From NCBI GenBank assembly GCA_965240325.2, contig OZ251223.1, positions 1,488,001-1,552,000 on the forward strand: DNA of 64,000 nt. The letters run 5' to 3'. Below, one piece after another: positions 43,328 through 55,232 of the stretch. The stretch is from Rebecca billardiae RCC1528 (taxonomy: Eukaryota > Protista > Haptophyta). The first letter of the stretch is position 1, and each line of letters begins with the position of its first letter. A program made the position numbers and the translations under genes. Under the pieces are notes generated by a model. It made no database searches and was not told the origin of the DNA. It saw only the letters and a program-made list of their open reading frames with translations.

Positions 43328-46017
43328 ATGATCGCGACGGTGGCGGTGTTGGCCCTCGCCTACTCGGGCGGGGCGGCCCGTGGGCCTCGCGCCTCGCGCA
43401 TGGGGCGGGCGCGCGTGTCGAGCCCCGCCGCCGCGTTCATCCGCATGTCCGGCTCGCCGTCGGAGACGATGGACATGGTGATGGGCCAGGTGCGGCCGCA
43501 GCAGGCTGTGACGAGCGACATGATGCGCCCGAGGCCCGACATCTCGTGGGAGAACATCCGCAAACAGATCGAGGTGAACTTCGACGTGCCCGTCTCCGAC
43601 GACATGTCCAAGGAGGACACCCTCGCCGCGTACCACATGATGGTGCTCTGCCGCCAGTTTGAGAACGCGTGCAACCAGGCGTACATGCAGGGCCTGATCC
43701 GCGGCTTCATGCACCTCGACAACGGGCAGGAGACGATCCCCGCGATGGTGGCGGACACGATCAAGCAGGGCGACATCAAGGTGAGCTACTACCGCGAGCA
43801 CACCCACGCCATCGCCTCGGGCGTGCCCGCCGACAAGGTGATGGCCGAGCTGATGGCAAAGGTCGACGGCACGTGCAAGGGCACCGGCGGCTCGATGCAC
43901 ATCTACGACGTGGAGAACAACTTCCAGGGCGGCTGGGCGCTGGTGGCGGAGCAGCTGCCGTACGCGGCGGGCGCGGCGCGCTCGATCCTGCTCGACCGGC
44001 ACAACGGCAAGGTCGACGCCGCGAAGGACGACCGCATCGCGATCGTGTTCATCGGCGAGGGCGGCGCGCAGAACGGCCGGATGGCCGAGACGCTCAACGC
44101 CGCGGCGAAGGAGAACCTGCCGCTGCTGTTCATCGTGATCGACAACGGGCGCGCGATCAACACGTTCACGCCCGACGTCGCGCAGAACTCCGAGGTCTTC
44201 ACCCAGGGCTCGCACTACGGCATCCCCGGCATCAAGGTTGACGGCGGCAACCTGCTGGACACCGTGCGCACCGGCCGCGCGGTCGTCGACTACGTGCGCA
44301 CCAAGGGGCCCGCGATCCTGCAGATCCACACGTACCGGCTGCAGGGGCACTCGCCGGCGGACCCGGAGCACGAGCGCGGGCGCAAGGAGGAGAAGAAGTG
44401 GGCGCGCGCCGAGGCCGACCCGATCAAGCTCTTCGAGGCCGCGGGCGTGCTCTCCGAGGCGGAGATGGAGGCGGTGAAGGCGGAGGTCAAGGCGGAGGTG
44501 CAGCGCTGCATGGAGTTCGGCAAGAAGTCGGAGCCGCCGCCGCGCGAGCTGGCGAAGGAGCTCGAGTTCCCCGACGTGCCGGACACCGACTACAACGCGC
44601 GCCCGCCCACCGTCGCCGACGCCGACGCCATCACCGAGCGCACCGTGCCGGCCGAAGCGCGCAAGGCGTGCGAGGCGCGCATCGCCCAGCTGCAGGAGAC
44701 GGCGGCGGCCGGCACGATGACGATCGGCGACGCGGTCAACCTCGCGATCCTGGAGGAGATGCTGCGCGACCCGACGACGACAATCCACGCGGAGGACCTG
44801 CAGGCGGGCTCGTCGTACAACATCCCCGCCTTCACGCAGCAGACCTTTGGCAAGCTGCGCGCGGCGGATGAGATTATCGACGAGGGCCACTTCCTCGGGA
44901 AGGCGCTCGGCGAGGGCCTCAACGGCTACCGGCCGATCGTCGAGCTGATGAACTCCAACTTCGGGATCTACGGGATGGCCGAGCTCTCCTCCGCGGGCAA
45001 CACCTACGCCACCACGGGCGGGCAGTTCCAGATGCCGATGACCGTGATCGGCGCGGGCGGCACCGCGCCCAACCAGGCTCTCGGCGCCGAGCACTCGCAG
45101 CCCTTCCACGCGTACGTGATGGGCATCCCGGGGCTCAAGATCTGCACGGCCGCCTCGCCCGACGCGGCGTACGGCATCACCAAGTCGATGATCCGCGACA
45201 ACGGTGCGCCGTGCGCGCCGCGCGCCGCCCGCGGCCTCCGCGCGCCCTCAGCCGAGCGCGCGCACCCGCCCCCTCGGTCCGGCTGGCGCGCCACGCCAAC
45301 GCACCGCACCGCACGGCGACGCTGACTCGTCGCGCGCCGCCGCACGCCTCGCCCCGCTGACGGCCGCGCGCAGGCCCCTGCATCCTCTTCTGCCCCGTCA
45401 AGATGATGAAGGAGGCGAAGAGCGTCGTGCCGGTGGGCAAGTGCCTGCCGCTCAACAAGGCCCACGTGCTGCACACCGCGTCCGACGCGTCGGTTGCCGA
45501 GGGCAAGGCGGTGACGGTGCTCACTTACTTGCACGGCGTGAAGGAGTCGCAGGCGTCGCTCGAGGCCATCATGGCGGAGGTGGGCGCAGCGCGCGCGCAG
45601 CGGCGCGGGCGGGCGCGGGCGGCACGCCGCGCGGCGCGCTCGCGTCGCGCCCGTCACTCATCGGCCCCGCGCACCCGTGCACGCGCGCGCGCGCCCGCGT
45701 GCCCGCCGCAGGGCTGCGACGTGGACCTGATCGAGCTGCGGTCACTCAAGCCTCTCGACATGGACACCATCCGCACGTCGCTGCAGCGCACGCACAAGGT
45801 GGTCATCCTGGACGAGTCCACGCAGACGGGCGGCGTGGGCGCCTCGGTGTCGTCCGCCATCAACGAGCAGTGCTTCTACGAGCTGGACGCGCCGGTGAAG
45901 CGGCTCTGCATGGACGACGCGCCCGTGCCGTACGCGTCGTCGATGGAGTGCGCCGTCGTCAAGCGCGGCGCCGACCTGATCGATGCGGTGCTCAACCTCG
46001 TCTTCCTCAAGGGCTGA
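43328..46017 (+). CDS. Plastid pyruvate dehydrogenase E1, fused alpha+beta subunits (3 exons)
   Basis: Signal peptide plus transit-like N-terminus. Alpha motifs: GFMHLDNGQE, YYREH, GGSMH, TYRLQGHSPAD. Beta motifs: RPIVELM, GAEHSQ, DLIELRSLKPLD, ELDAPVKRL. GT-AG introns at 45204-45373 and 45580-45711. Confidence 0.93.
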
Positions 46018-46469
46018 GGAGCGGAACGCGTGTGTCGCGGCACGGCCGCGTGCACGACAGCATGATTGCTGCGCCTGGCCGGGCGCTCGCGTGATGACGT
46101 GTTGCCTGGCCGGTGCGCTCAACTCAAACTGTCCGATGGCGCTACTAAGATCAATAGTACAGTACGTCGGGCAACGCGGTTGATGATGATTGGTGATTGA
46201 TGCCACTGGTGCGGTGCGCCCTTGGCGACCAGAAGGCGTGCGTGGATGGGTGCCAGCAGCTTGGTCGCGGCCTCCTGTAGTCCTGACTCTGCCAGAGGTT
46301 CGGGTGCCAGCATCCGCCGCTGGCATCGGGCGCGGTGCGGCATTATTCACTCACGCACGCATATTGGCGTCAGCGTCAGTGGATCAGACCGCTCCGGGTG
46401 AGCCGCAGTCGTGAGTAGAGGAGATCGACGATCGACGACAGCAACATCATCAGCATCCGCCGCAACGAA

Positions 46470-48090
46470 TTAATCATCGTCGTTGGACGAGAATGATGAC
46501 AGATCGGATGCCATCACCGTCCAATGGTCAGACTCATCTTCAGTGTCACCGTGTGGCGGCGTTCGGCAATCCGCCCCGTTGCCTTTCTCGAGTCTCCCGA
46601 CCAGCGGCGGCGGTGGTTGGGGCAGCTGCGGGGCCGCGTCCGGGACAGTGACAAGGTGGCTGGTGGGTTTGTGCCGGCGCGTCGCTGCGCGCGTGCCCTG
46701 GTCGCCGGTGCCATGCTCCAGCCTGCGCTTGGGGACGGCGAGCCGAGTGTTCACCATGCCGGCCAGCTTGTGCGTACCGCACCTGCTGGCGCGCGCGTCG
46801 CCCGGCATGCCGAATGAAGGCCGCGTGGTGCAGCCCGTGTGATCGCACTTGGAGTTCTTCAGGTCGACCATGCCGGCCAGCTTGTGCGTACCGCACCGGC
46901 TGGCGCGCACGTCACCCGGCATGCCAAATGCCAAATGAAGGCACCTTGACGCAGCCCTCGTGATCACACTTGCGGCTCTTCAGGTCGACCATGCCGGCCA
47001 GCTTGTGCGCAGCGCACCTGCTGGCGCGCGCGTCGCCCGGCATGCCGAATGAAGGCTCCTTGGTGCAGCCCGTGTGATCGCACTTGGGGTGCTTCACGTT
47101 GTCCATACCGGCCAGCTTGTGCGTACTGCACCAGCTGGCGCGCGCGTCACCCGGCATGCCGTACGAAGGCTGCTTGGTGCAGCCCGTGTGATAACACTTG
47201 CGGCTCTTCACGTTGACCATGCCGGCCAGCTTGTGCGCAGCGCACCAGCTGGCGCGCGCATCGCCCGGCATGCCGAATGAAGGCTCCTTGGTGCAGCCCG
47301 CGTGATCACACTTGGGGTGCTTCACGTAGATCTGCTTCACGTTGACCATACCGGCCAGCTTGTGCGTACCGCACCGGCTGCCACGCATGTCGCCCGGCAT
47401 GCCGAATGAAGGCCGCATGGTGCAGCCCGTGTGATCGCACTTGGAGTTCTTCAGGTCGACCATGCCGGCCAGCTTGTGCGTACCGCACCGGCTGGCGCGC
47501 GCGTCGCCCGGCATGCCGAATGAAGGCTGCTTGGTGCAGCCGGTGTGATCACACTTGGGGCTCTTCACGTCGACCATGCCGGCCAGCTTGTGCGTACCGC
47601 ACCGGCTGGCGCGCGCGTCGCCTGGCATGCCGAACGAAGGCTGCTTGGTGCAGCCGGTGTGATCACACTTGGGGCTCTTCACGTCGACCATGCCGGCCAG
47701 CTTGTGCGTACCGCACCGGCTGGCGCGCGCGTCGCCCGGCATGCCGAATGAAGGCTCCTTGGTGCAGCCCGTGTGATCACACTTGGGGTGATTCACGTCG
47801 ACCATGCCGGCCAGCTTATGCGTGGCGCACCGGCTGGCGCGCGCGTCACCCGGCATGCCGAAGGAAGGCCGCTTGGTGCAGCCCTCGTGATCACACTTGG
47901 GGTGATTCACGTCGACCATGCCGGCCAGCTTATGCATACAGTCGCACCGGCTGGCGCGCGCGTCGCCCGGCATGCCGGACGAAGGCCGCTTGGTGCAGCC
48001 TGTGTGATCACATTTGCGGCTCTTCACGTTGACCATGCCGGCCAGCTTGTGCGCAGCGCACCGGCTGGCGCGCGCGTCGCCCGGCAGCGT
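46470..48090 (-). pseudogene. EsV-1-7-like Cys/His zinc-finger repeat gene (11.5 x 38 aa), frameshifted
   Basis: 114-bp units encoding CDHxGCTxxPSFGMPGDARASRCxxHKLAGMVDVKxxK. A 7-nt duplication (TTTGGCA on the minus strand, ~46923-46936) shifts the frame in unit 10. The 5' end is degenerate with no clear ATG. Confidence 0.75.
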
Positions 48091-48258
48091 CACCCGTACG
48101 GGCGCGCGTGGTGACGAGCTGCAGAGCCGGGAGGGCTTTCCCCAGCGCGATTCCAAGATGCAGCAGGTTTTTTTTATTAGTTTTGTCGGAGCGGAATCGC
48201 ATGCCCTGCCGCATCCCTACAGTAACGCTCAAATGGCGGCGGGCGCGAAGAGCAACGC

Positions 48259-49720
48259 GATGGGGAGTCGCGCTGAGCGCCGCGTTCGTTTCGTACAGCT
48301 CCTTCATCCTCGTGCCGGAGCACCGGCTCCTCTTCTGCAAGATCGACAAGGTCGCGAGCCAGAACTTCCTGCAGCTCTTCCGCGCGGTCCGCGCACCGCC
48401 CGAAGCAGCTGTTCGTGCAGAACACCAACACGCTGCGCTACTTCGGGCTGGGCGTGGAGGACGGCGCGGCGCGGCTGGCTGAGCCGACGTGGCACACCGC
48501 CGTGTTCTAAAGAGGGTTCAGGAAAGGTTGTGCCCCCGGCTTCAGTGGGTTCCCAGTGGCGGCATGCCGCCCGGCTCGTCACCCCAAGCCAACGCACCTC
48601 GCCTACTGTGAGCGCTCAGAGTCCCGGCGTCATCGCCGGATCGTCCGTCGGGGTGGACGCCGGGCAAGTAGACACCGATCGGAAGGGCATGCACCGCTTC
48701 CGCATGCTGTCATGGTCGGTCGTCTCTGCCACCTTGTCCTCGACGCGCGGTCTGCACGGCAGTAAAACGCGACAGCTTGCAGCACGTGCTGCCCGTTGCA
48801 CGCCCGAATAGGTGTGTGTGCGTGCTGACGCCGCTGGAGTAGCAACGCGCTGCGCTTTGGCCCTGGTAGAGAAGAGCCGAGCGGCTGATGCGTCCTGTAG
48901 CTGCTCTCATTTCTATTTTGAACCGTGCACGCGATGACGATCAGCATCCGATGGCTGCTGCGTAGCTCACGGTGTGGCTTACAGGCCGTGTCGCGAGACT
49001 GACGGGGCGTGAGAGGGCTACTCCGTGACTCGGCTGGATGGCGGGTAGTTATGGGGCGATGCCAGGGCCTCTCTAGCGACGCCCAGGCCCGACAGCGGCG
49101 CGTGGCGTCGCGCTCATTGCTATTTCAAGCGGCCATCGGCCGGGCGGTCGCTGCGGGAGCACAACCTTTCCTGAACCCTCTTTACAGAGAGCCGCTCGAG
49201 CGCTTCGCCTCGGCGTACGCGTCCATGTGCACCGCGGGCCGTGACATGGACAGCGCGCGCCATTGCACGGAGGTATTCGGCGTGTCGCACCCCAGCTTCG
49301 ACGACGCGGCGGCAGCGCTCGGGCGAGGGCGCGTGCGCAAGCGGCACTGGATGCGGCAGTCTGAGCACTGCGGCGGGCTCAACACCACCCTCGGCGCGTA
49401 CAAGACGATCGAGCGCCTCGAGCCGACGCGCGCGCGCGCAGCGGTCGAGCGCATGCTGCGCGCGATTGGGTTGGACGTGCGCGCGCTGGCGCCCGAGCTG
49501 GACAAGCTGTTCCCGGACGAGCACGCGCGCGCGGCGATGCTGCGGAGCGTCGAGCCGGGCGACGGCGCCCTGCGCAGGCGGCCGGCGCCGCAGCTCGCGG
49601 ACGGGTGGCGGCGTGCGTGGGCGAAGCGGAGCGCGCCCGCCGCGCCGAGCGGCGGGTTGCGCTCGAGGCCGAGCGCGCGCGCGCCAAGAAGATGGCGCTG
49701 CAGGCCTTCTCGACGATCTC
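48259..49720 (+). pseudogene. Carbohydrate sulfotransferase (Sulfotransfer_2-like), disrupted
   Basis: ILVPEHRLLFCKIDKVASQNF (5'-PSB), a frameshift near 48400, WHTAVF|YREPLERFASAY (3'-PB) split by a MITE, and HWMRQSEHCG. Ends are approximate. Confidence 0.75.
48510..49182. mobile_element. 673-bp MITE with 24-bp perfect TIRs and TA target-site duplication
   Basis: TA|AAGAGGGTTCAGGAAAGGTTGTGC ... GCACAACCTTTCCTGAACCCTCTT|TA. Removing the element plus one TA restores GTG TTC TAC AGA GAG CCG (VFYREP). Confidence 0.92.
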
Positions 49721-50844
49721 GTAACACGGCACGCCGATCGCCACGCTGCGCGGCTCGTGGTCGGACGTGCGGCCGCTCACCTCATTGGTGGTGTTACGGG
49801 AGGTACAAAGGTCGTCCTTGAATCAAGGGGGGTTTACGGCCGGGGGTAGGCGCACAGTTCGTCCGGATTGGTCGACACTCTGGCGAGCGGAAGTTTCCTT
49901 CGGGCTCGCCCATTGGCCGAAAATCGTCAAGAATTATTGGATCGTAAGAATTAGTGGTAGTGGTGTGTCGCGCTCGACTACAATTGTGTCACGGCAAACT
50001 TGCATTCTCGTCAAGGCTGCCGTTGGAGTTTCACGAAACTGCACGTCTTCCGTTCTTCCGAAGGTCTTCCCCTCTTTGTGTCGTCGGCGTGTCACGCTTT
50101 GCGGCACGCATTCTCGCGTCCGTCAACGAACGTCTTCCGCCAGCCGCGCCAGGCCCGCCGCGCACGCCAACAGTAGACATGGGACTCTCGCAGTCTGTGT
50201 CCGTCGTCGACCTGAGTGGCATCTATCTGGACAAGCAGAACGTCCACTTTGCCCAGACCGCCGCCCAACCACAAGTCTTTGAAAAAGCTCTAGCCGAGAC
50301 TGAGGCTCGGCAACAAGATGTCCCGTCTGTCGCCGACGCGGTCGGCATCATGCCGGCGCACGATGCGTCGACGACGCCGTGGCCCGGCGCATAGCGCTGC
50401 CCGCGAAGCGCGTACAGTCATGTCACGCGAGCCTCGTCTTTGCCCACCCCTCTTCCGAATCTGACTTCCCGAATCCAGCCTGGACCGCAATAATCGCACG
50501 TCGCACGGGAAGCCGTGCGGCGCAGCCGACTTCACTAGACTGAGCCGGGTTACCTTCAGTTCCCTCGCACAGGATGCACCTTGACAACGTGACCGTAGGC
50601 ACTAGTCTGGCCACCGGTCGCAGTGCTATCGAATCCTTTGCTAGGCCACGTACTCCAACGCTGCCAGCGCCATGATGTCGCGCCGGCGGCATTCACTATG
50701 CACGGTGGTCGGCAGTCCGTGCGACTCCGACTCCGAGAGTCCGAGTGACCCGTGGAATCGTCGCGGACGCCAAGCTGAAGCTGTGAGTTGGCACGCAGCA
50801 GTTGCGGAGCGCGACCGTCCGGGCGCCGCGGGCCGCGGGAGAGC

Positions 50845-51951
50845 TCAGCCCGCCGGATGCAAGCGATCTCGCAGCAGCCGCCAGACCACGGAGAAGAGCA
50901 TCGACTGCATCGCGTTGGTCATCAGCTTTGTGCCGAGCCCGCGCGTCGCGAGGCCGACAACGCCGTCCGCCTCGAGCACGCGCCGCATCGCGTGCAGGTA
51001 CGAGATCTGGGTGGGGAAGGTCTGCTTCACCACCTTGACCACGCGCACGCCGTTCGAGCAGCAGTCCGACAGCACGCTCGCCGCGAGGCCCATCACCCCG
51101 TGCCGCACCACCCGCGCCGCCGTCCCGCGCGCGGCGGGCGGCAGCGAGAGGTCGAGCAGATTGTACGTGTAGAACCACGGGAAGAAGCCGACCGCCGTGG
51201 CGGCCGCGCCGCCAAACGCGCCGTCCCAGAGGACGAGCATGCCGTGCGCGGCGACCTTGCGGCGCAGCTGTGCCGTGCCCGACGCGCCGGTCACCTGCAG
51301 CATCGTCTTGAACGTGTCCACGGGCGTGATCAGCAGCCGCCAGCTCGTCGTGAGCAGGGTGGCGAGGGCGGTCGTGCCGGCCGTTTGCATGCCGCCCGCG
51401 GGCACGACGAGCGCGTGCAGGAGCGCGTTGGAGGCGGTGTCGCCGAAGCGCGAGAGGGGCGCCTGCAGCAGCGCCGGGAGCAGACCGCGGTAGAAGCGGA
51501 GCACGCCGCCCTCGGCGTACAGCTTCGCCAGCGCCTCGCGTGTCGTGAGCGAGCCGTGCGCCTGCTGGTAGTTGACGGTCGTGCGAAGCCACATGAAGCA
51601 GAGCACGTTGATCACCATGGAGAGCCCGCCGGCGACGCCGCTGCGGGCGGCCTCGGTGAAGATGTGCACGAGGGGAGATGTCGGTGCCCACAGACCGCTG
51701 CTCTGCGAGACCGACAGCACGAGCGCCGCCAGCGGCACGCCGGCAATGAGCAGCAGCCCAGCGCTGGCGAGCACGGCTTGCGAGCGATGCGACGACTCTT
51801 TGCCTCCGGATGCCGGCTTGTCGCGGTCGCTCAGCGCGCGAGAGGTAAGTGGCTCCATCTCGTCGTCGTCATCGCTGCGCGCTGCACCCGGGCTGCGCCC
51901 GGCCTCCAGCGCATCCAGCGCCGCGGAGTCGGCAAGGCCCTTGCGCGCCAT
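50845..51951 (-). CDS. Mitochondrial carrier family protein with N-terminal extension
   Basis: Motifs MWLRTTVNYQ, GGVLRFYRGLLPALLQAPLSRFGDTASN, TPVDTFKTMLQV, NGVRVVKVVKQT and RGLGTKL. Confidence 0.9.
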   Translation of the reverse strand: MARKGLADSAALDALEAGRSPGAARSDDDDEMEPLTSRALSDRDKPASGGKESSHRSQAVLASAGLLLIAGVPLAALVLSVSQSSGLWAPTSPLVHIFTEAARSGVAGGLSMVINVLCFMWLRTTVNYQQAHGSLTTREALAKLYAEGGVLRFYRGLLPALLQAPLSRFGDTASNALLHALVVPAGGMQTAGTTALATLLTTSWRLLITPVDTFKTMLQVTGASGTAQLRRKVAAHGMLVLWDGAFGGAAATAVGFFPWFYTYNLLDLSLPPAARGTAARVVRHGVMGLAASVLSDCCSNGVRVVKVVKQTFPTQISYLHAMRRVLEADGVVGLATRGLGTKLMTNAMQSMLFSVVWRLLRDRLHPAG

Positions 51952-51992
51952 CGCCCGCCCAGGGCCGCGCATGCGCTCTGGACGAATCCACG

Positions 51993-54665
51993 ATGGCGGT
52001 CGCCGCACGCCACGGCCAAGCAGCGTTGAGCATGCTCCTGCTTTGGGGCGTCGCCGCAGCCTGCGCTGCCGTGGGTGGCGCGGAGCAGCACGCGCCCGAT
52101 ACAGATCGCGGACATCCTCTGCCCTCGCCCGTTGCACGCGGCTCGGCGGCCGCGGAGCCCCCGCTGCGCGTGCTGCTCGCGATCGGGGGCGCGCACGCTC
52201 GCGACGGCGCACGCTGCGAGTGCGACTGCGTCTCGGAGCCGCGCCGAGCGGCGGCGCCGGCGGCGCTGTGCGCGGATGGCGCGTGCTGTCCGAGCGCTTC
52301 GCTGCTCGATGACGTGTCGGGCTTCGCGCGCGCGCTCCTCGCGCAGGGTGCCACGGCGCGCGTGCTCGGCTGCCTCCCAGAGGTGGAGGTGGGAACTGAC
52401 GGCGCGGGCGTGCGGTGGGTGGCGCACGCAGCGGCTGACGACGTGGCTGGGCTGGCGGGCGAGCGGGCCGACGTGCTCATTGAGCTGGGCCCCGTGGGAG
52501 CAGCCCGCCTGCCGCGCGCTCCGCCGCCGCGCGGCGCCGGCAGTGGAGCGGAGCCGCTGCTCAGCGCTCGCTGGGACCGGGCCGCAGGGCTGTTGCGATG
52601 GGCGCACTCGGGCGGCGGCGAGCCGAGCGGCGAGATCGCGCTGCACTCGAGCGCCCTCGCGCCGTACGAGGAGCTCGCCGACCCCGCGCAGCACAACGGC
52701 AGCGCGCGCGCGTGCACCGCCCGAGGCGCGCGCGCGCGCGCCAAGCATGCCTACTGCTTCAGCCAGCCACCTGCCGCTGGCCTGAGCGCTCTGCTGGCAA
52801 GGGCGTGGCCCGCCGTGCTTGCGCGCCACCCGGGGGCGCGGCTGCACGTGCTCTCCGCGCACGCGGCGGATCTGAGCGCGCCCGCGCTGCCCTCCACGCC
52901 CGCCGGCCCGCCGCCCGCTCGCCCGCTCGAGCCGCCGCCCAGCGGCGCACTGTTCCACGGCCGGCTGCGCGGCGCGCGGCTGCAGGCGGCGCTGCGCCGC
53001 TGCGCGTTTGAGCTGCTGCCGCCGAGCGGCGCGGACGCGGCCGAGTTGGAGCTCGGGGCGGTGGGCAGGGCGCTGGCGAACGGCGCGATCCCTATCAGCG
53101 CGCGCCCGCCGCACGCGGGCTGGCGCAACGTGAGCGGGCGGTGGGACCTTGGGCCACCGCCCGCGCGGCATGCCGCGTCGGCGGCTGCCATGGCTGCCAG
53201 CCTGGGCGGCGGCGCGGCCGATGCCGCCGCCGCCGCCGCGCGCGCTGACGACGACGGTCTGTGGGACGCGTGGCTGGCCGCGGTGGTGGCCGCGCCGGCG
53301 CGCAAGCTCGCGCAGCACCGCCGCGACATGCGCCGCTGGGCGTGCACCCACCTGCGCGCGGCGGACGCGGCCCAAGTGCTCGTGGCTGCGGGGCAGCAGC
53401 TCCGGCGCGATGACGCGGCCGCGACGTCCACGGCCGGCGCGGCCTCCGACGCGGCCGCCGACGCGGCCGAATGCGCAGTGCCGGCGGCGCTGCCGGCAGA
53501 TGGCACGGCGAGCGAGCTCGCGAGTGCCGGCCCCGCGGCCGCGCCTGGCATCGGCCTGGCCACCGCGCCCGCGGAGCAGCCGCCTGAGCCGCCCTCCGAG
53601 CCGGCGCACGAGCTCAGCCTGGGCGGCAGCGGCGGCTGGGCCCGGGAGCAGCCGCAGCCGTTTGCGGTGGAGCCTCTGTACAGCGCTGAGGACTCGGCGT
53701 CCCTCCCGCCCTTCGACGAGGGCCTCGAGCCCGGCCGAGCCGGGGCGGCGGGGCCGGCGCGGCTGAGCATCATCGCGCTGCTCGAGCCGCCCGCGGGCGC
53801 GCGCGCTGGCGCGTACGGCCCGTTGCTGCGCTCGGTGGCGCTGCAGAGCGACGGCCGCTCTGAGCTGCTGCTCGTGGACCCGCGCGCGGACGAGCGGCGC
53901 GCGGCCGCGCTCGAGCTGGCGGCCGAGCTCGGCGTGCGCGTGCGCGGCGTGCTGGGCGTGCCGCGCGCGGCGGGCCCTGCCGCCGCGCTGCGCGCCGCGC
54001 TCAACCTCGCGTGCTGCCCGGTGCTCTCGATCATCGTCGCGTCCGCGCCGTCTGTCGTGTGGCTCCCCCGCGGCTTTGTCGCGCACACGCTCGCACACTT
54101 TGAGCGCGAGGGCGCGCGCACCGGCGCCGCAGCGCTGGCGTACGAGCATTGGCACCTGACGATCCCGAGGAAGGAGCTGAACAAGAGCGCGGGCGCGCAC
54201 GACCTGGACGCGCTCGCGCCGCCGCTCACGCGCGCACCCAGCCGTACCGGCTGGCGCGTCGTCCGGCGCTGCGCCGTCCTCGACACCGAGCCCTCGGAGG
54301 CGGCGGAGCGCGCCGCCACGCCGGCTCCGCAGCCGGCCGAGCCCGCCGCTGCCGCCACTGACCCGTGCTCGTCTCCGCCCGCACTCGTCCTCAGCGCGCG
54401 CGGCGTGCTCTCGCCGACAGAGGAGGACGCCCAACTGGCTGAGGGGCTTGCTGGCCTGCGGGACCAAGCGTCGGCGGGCGCGCTGCCGCACCCGTCGGTG
54501 CTCCTCGACGCGCGCGCGGCATCGCACGTCGTCGAGATTGGCTTCGTCGCCATGGACGACGACGCTTCCCAGCCGGCGGCGGGGGTTCCTGACGTTGCGG
54601 AGGATGCTCGCGATGACGACGAGGATGCCTACGGCACGGTCGTCGCTGCGACGAGCAGTGAGTGA
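51993..54665 (+). CDS. Secreted/Golgi glycosyltransferase-like protein (divergent GT-B/GT4-like and GT-A/GT2-like segments)
   Basis: Signal peptide; GLSALLARAWPAVLARHPGARLHV...LFHGRL (GT4-like); LSII...LLRSVALQSDGRSELLLVD (GT2-like N-terminus). Confidence 0.55.
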   Translation: MAVAARHGQAALSMLLLWGVAAACAAVGGAEQHAPDTDRGHPLPSPVARGSAAAEPPLRVLLAIGGAHARDGARCECDCVSEPRRAAAPAALCADGACCPSASLLDDVSGFARALLAQGATARVLGCLPEVEVGTDGAGVRWVAHAAADDVAGLAGERADVLIELGPVGAARLPRAPPPRGAGSGAEPLLSARWDRAAGLLRWAHSGGGEPSGEIALHSSALAPYEELADPAQHNGSARACTARGARARAKHAYCFSQPPAAGLSALLARAWPAVLARHPGARLHVLSAHAADLSAPALPSTPAGPPPARPLEPPPSGALFHGRLRGARLQAALRRCAFELLPPSGADAAELELGAVGRALANGAIPISARPPHAGWRNVSGRWDLGPPPARHAASAAAMAASLGGGAADAAAAAARADDDGLWDAWLAAVVAAPARKLAQHRRDMRRWACTHLRAADAAQVLVAAGQQLRRDDAAATSTAGAASDAAADAAECAVPAALPADGTASELASAGPAAAPGIGLATAPAEQPPEPPSEPAHELSLGGSGGWAREQPQPFAVEPLYSAEDSASLPPFDEGLEPGRAGAAGPARLSIIALLEPPAGARAGAYGPLLRSVALQSDGRSELLLVDPRADERRAAALELAAELGVRVRGVLGVPRAAGPAAALRAALNLACCPVLSIIVASAPSVVWLPRGFVAHTLAHFEREGARTGAAALAYEHWHLTIPRKELNKSAGAHDLDALAPPLTRAPSRTGWRVVRRCAVLDTEPSEAAERAATPAPQPAEPAAAATDPCSSPPALVLSARGVLSPTEEDAQLAEGLAGLRDQASAGALPHPSVLLDARAASHVVEIGFVAMDDDASQPAAGVPDVAEDARDDDEDAYGTVVAATSSE

Positions 54666-55232
54666 CGACGAGTCGCTGACCGTTTCTTTTTATTTATTCG
54701 TCAGTAGTGACTAGTGTCATCGTCGCGCGAATGTCAATTCGATGACGACATTGACATCATCGGCCGCGGTCAATGACAATGGTCATCGCGCATGATGATG
54801 ATGAAAATGCGGGCGCAACAAAATATTCGTCCGTCCGCCGGCCGACGTGACCGGCGGTCGCGGCAGACGGCTCACTGACACTAGTTGCCACTTCAATTTT
54901 GCCGCGCCGGAGTGTCACGTCCGCAGTTCATCATCGTCACCGCGTACGTAGTTGCCTCGACGCCCACGGCCGGGCGGCGCGGCCCAGCGCCAGCTGCCCG
55001 CGAGGCAGGACCTGGCACTCGATAGTTCGTCATCGTCAGTCTCAGCTCAGTCAATAGCTACAGTACCTTAAGTCCGAGTTATTGGCGGCCGTGTGCTGGG
55101 TCTGCACGCAGCGTGCGGCCAGGCTGCCGGCGGACTCCTGTCGGGGTAAACGCTCACACGGCACTCAGATTGGTGTGCGCGCGCCATCCTGGTACACAAG
55201 GCCAGTGGCCGCGTGCGCACGGCGGCGCGTGT

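Noticed and set aside
43328-46017. PDH E1 alpha-beta fusion as a novelty
   Set aside because: Fused E1 is already known for plastid PDH in algae with red-derived complex plastids.
48510-49182. MITE acting as an introner
   Set aside because: An in-frame TAA precedes any internal GT, and the available donor/acceptor pairs would delete or frameshift the conserved motif.
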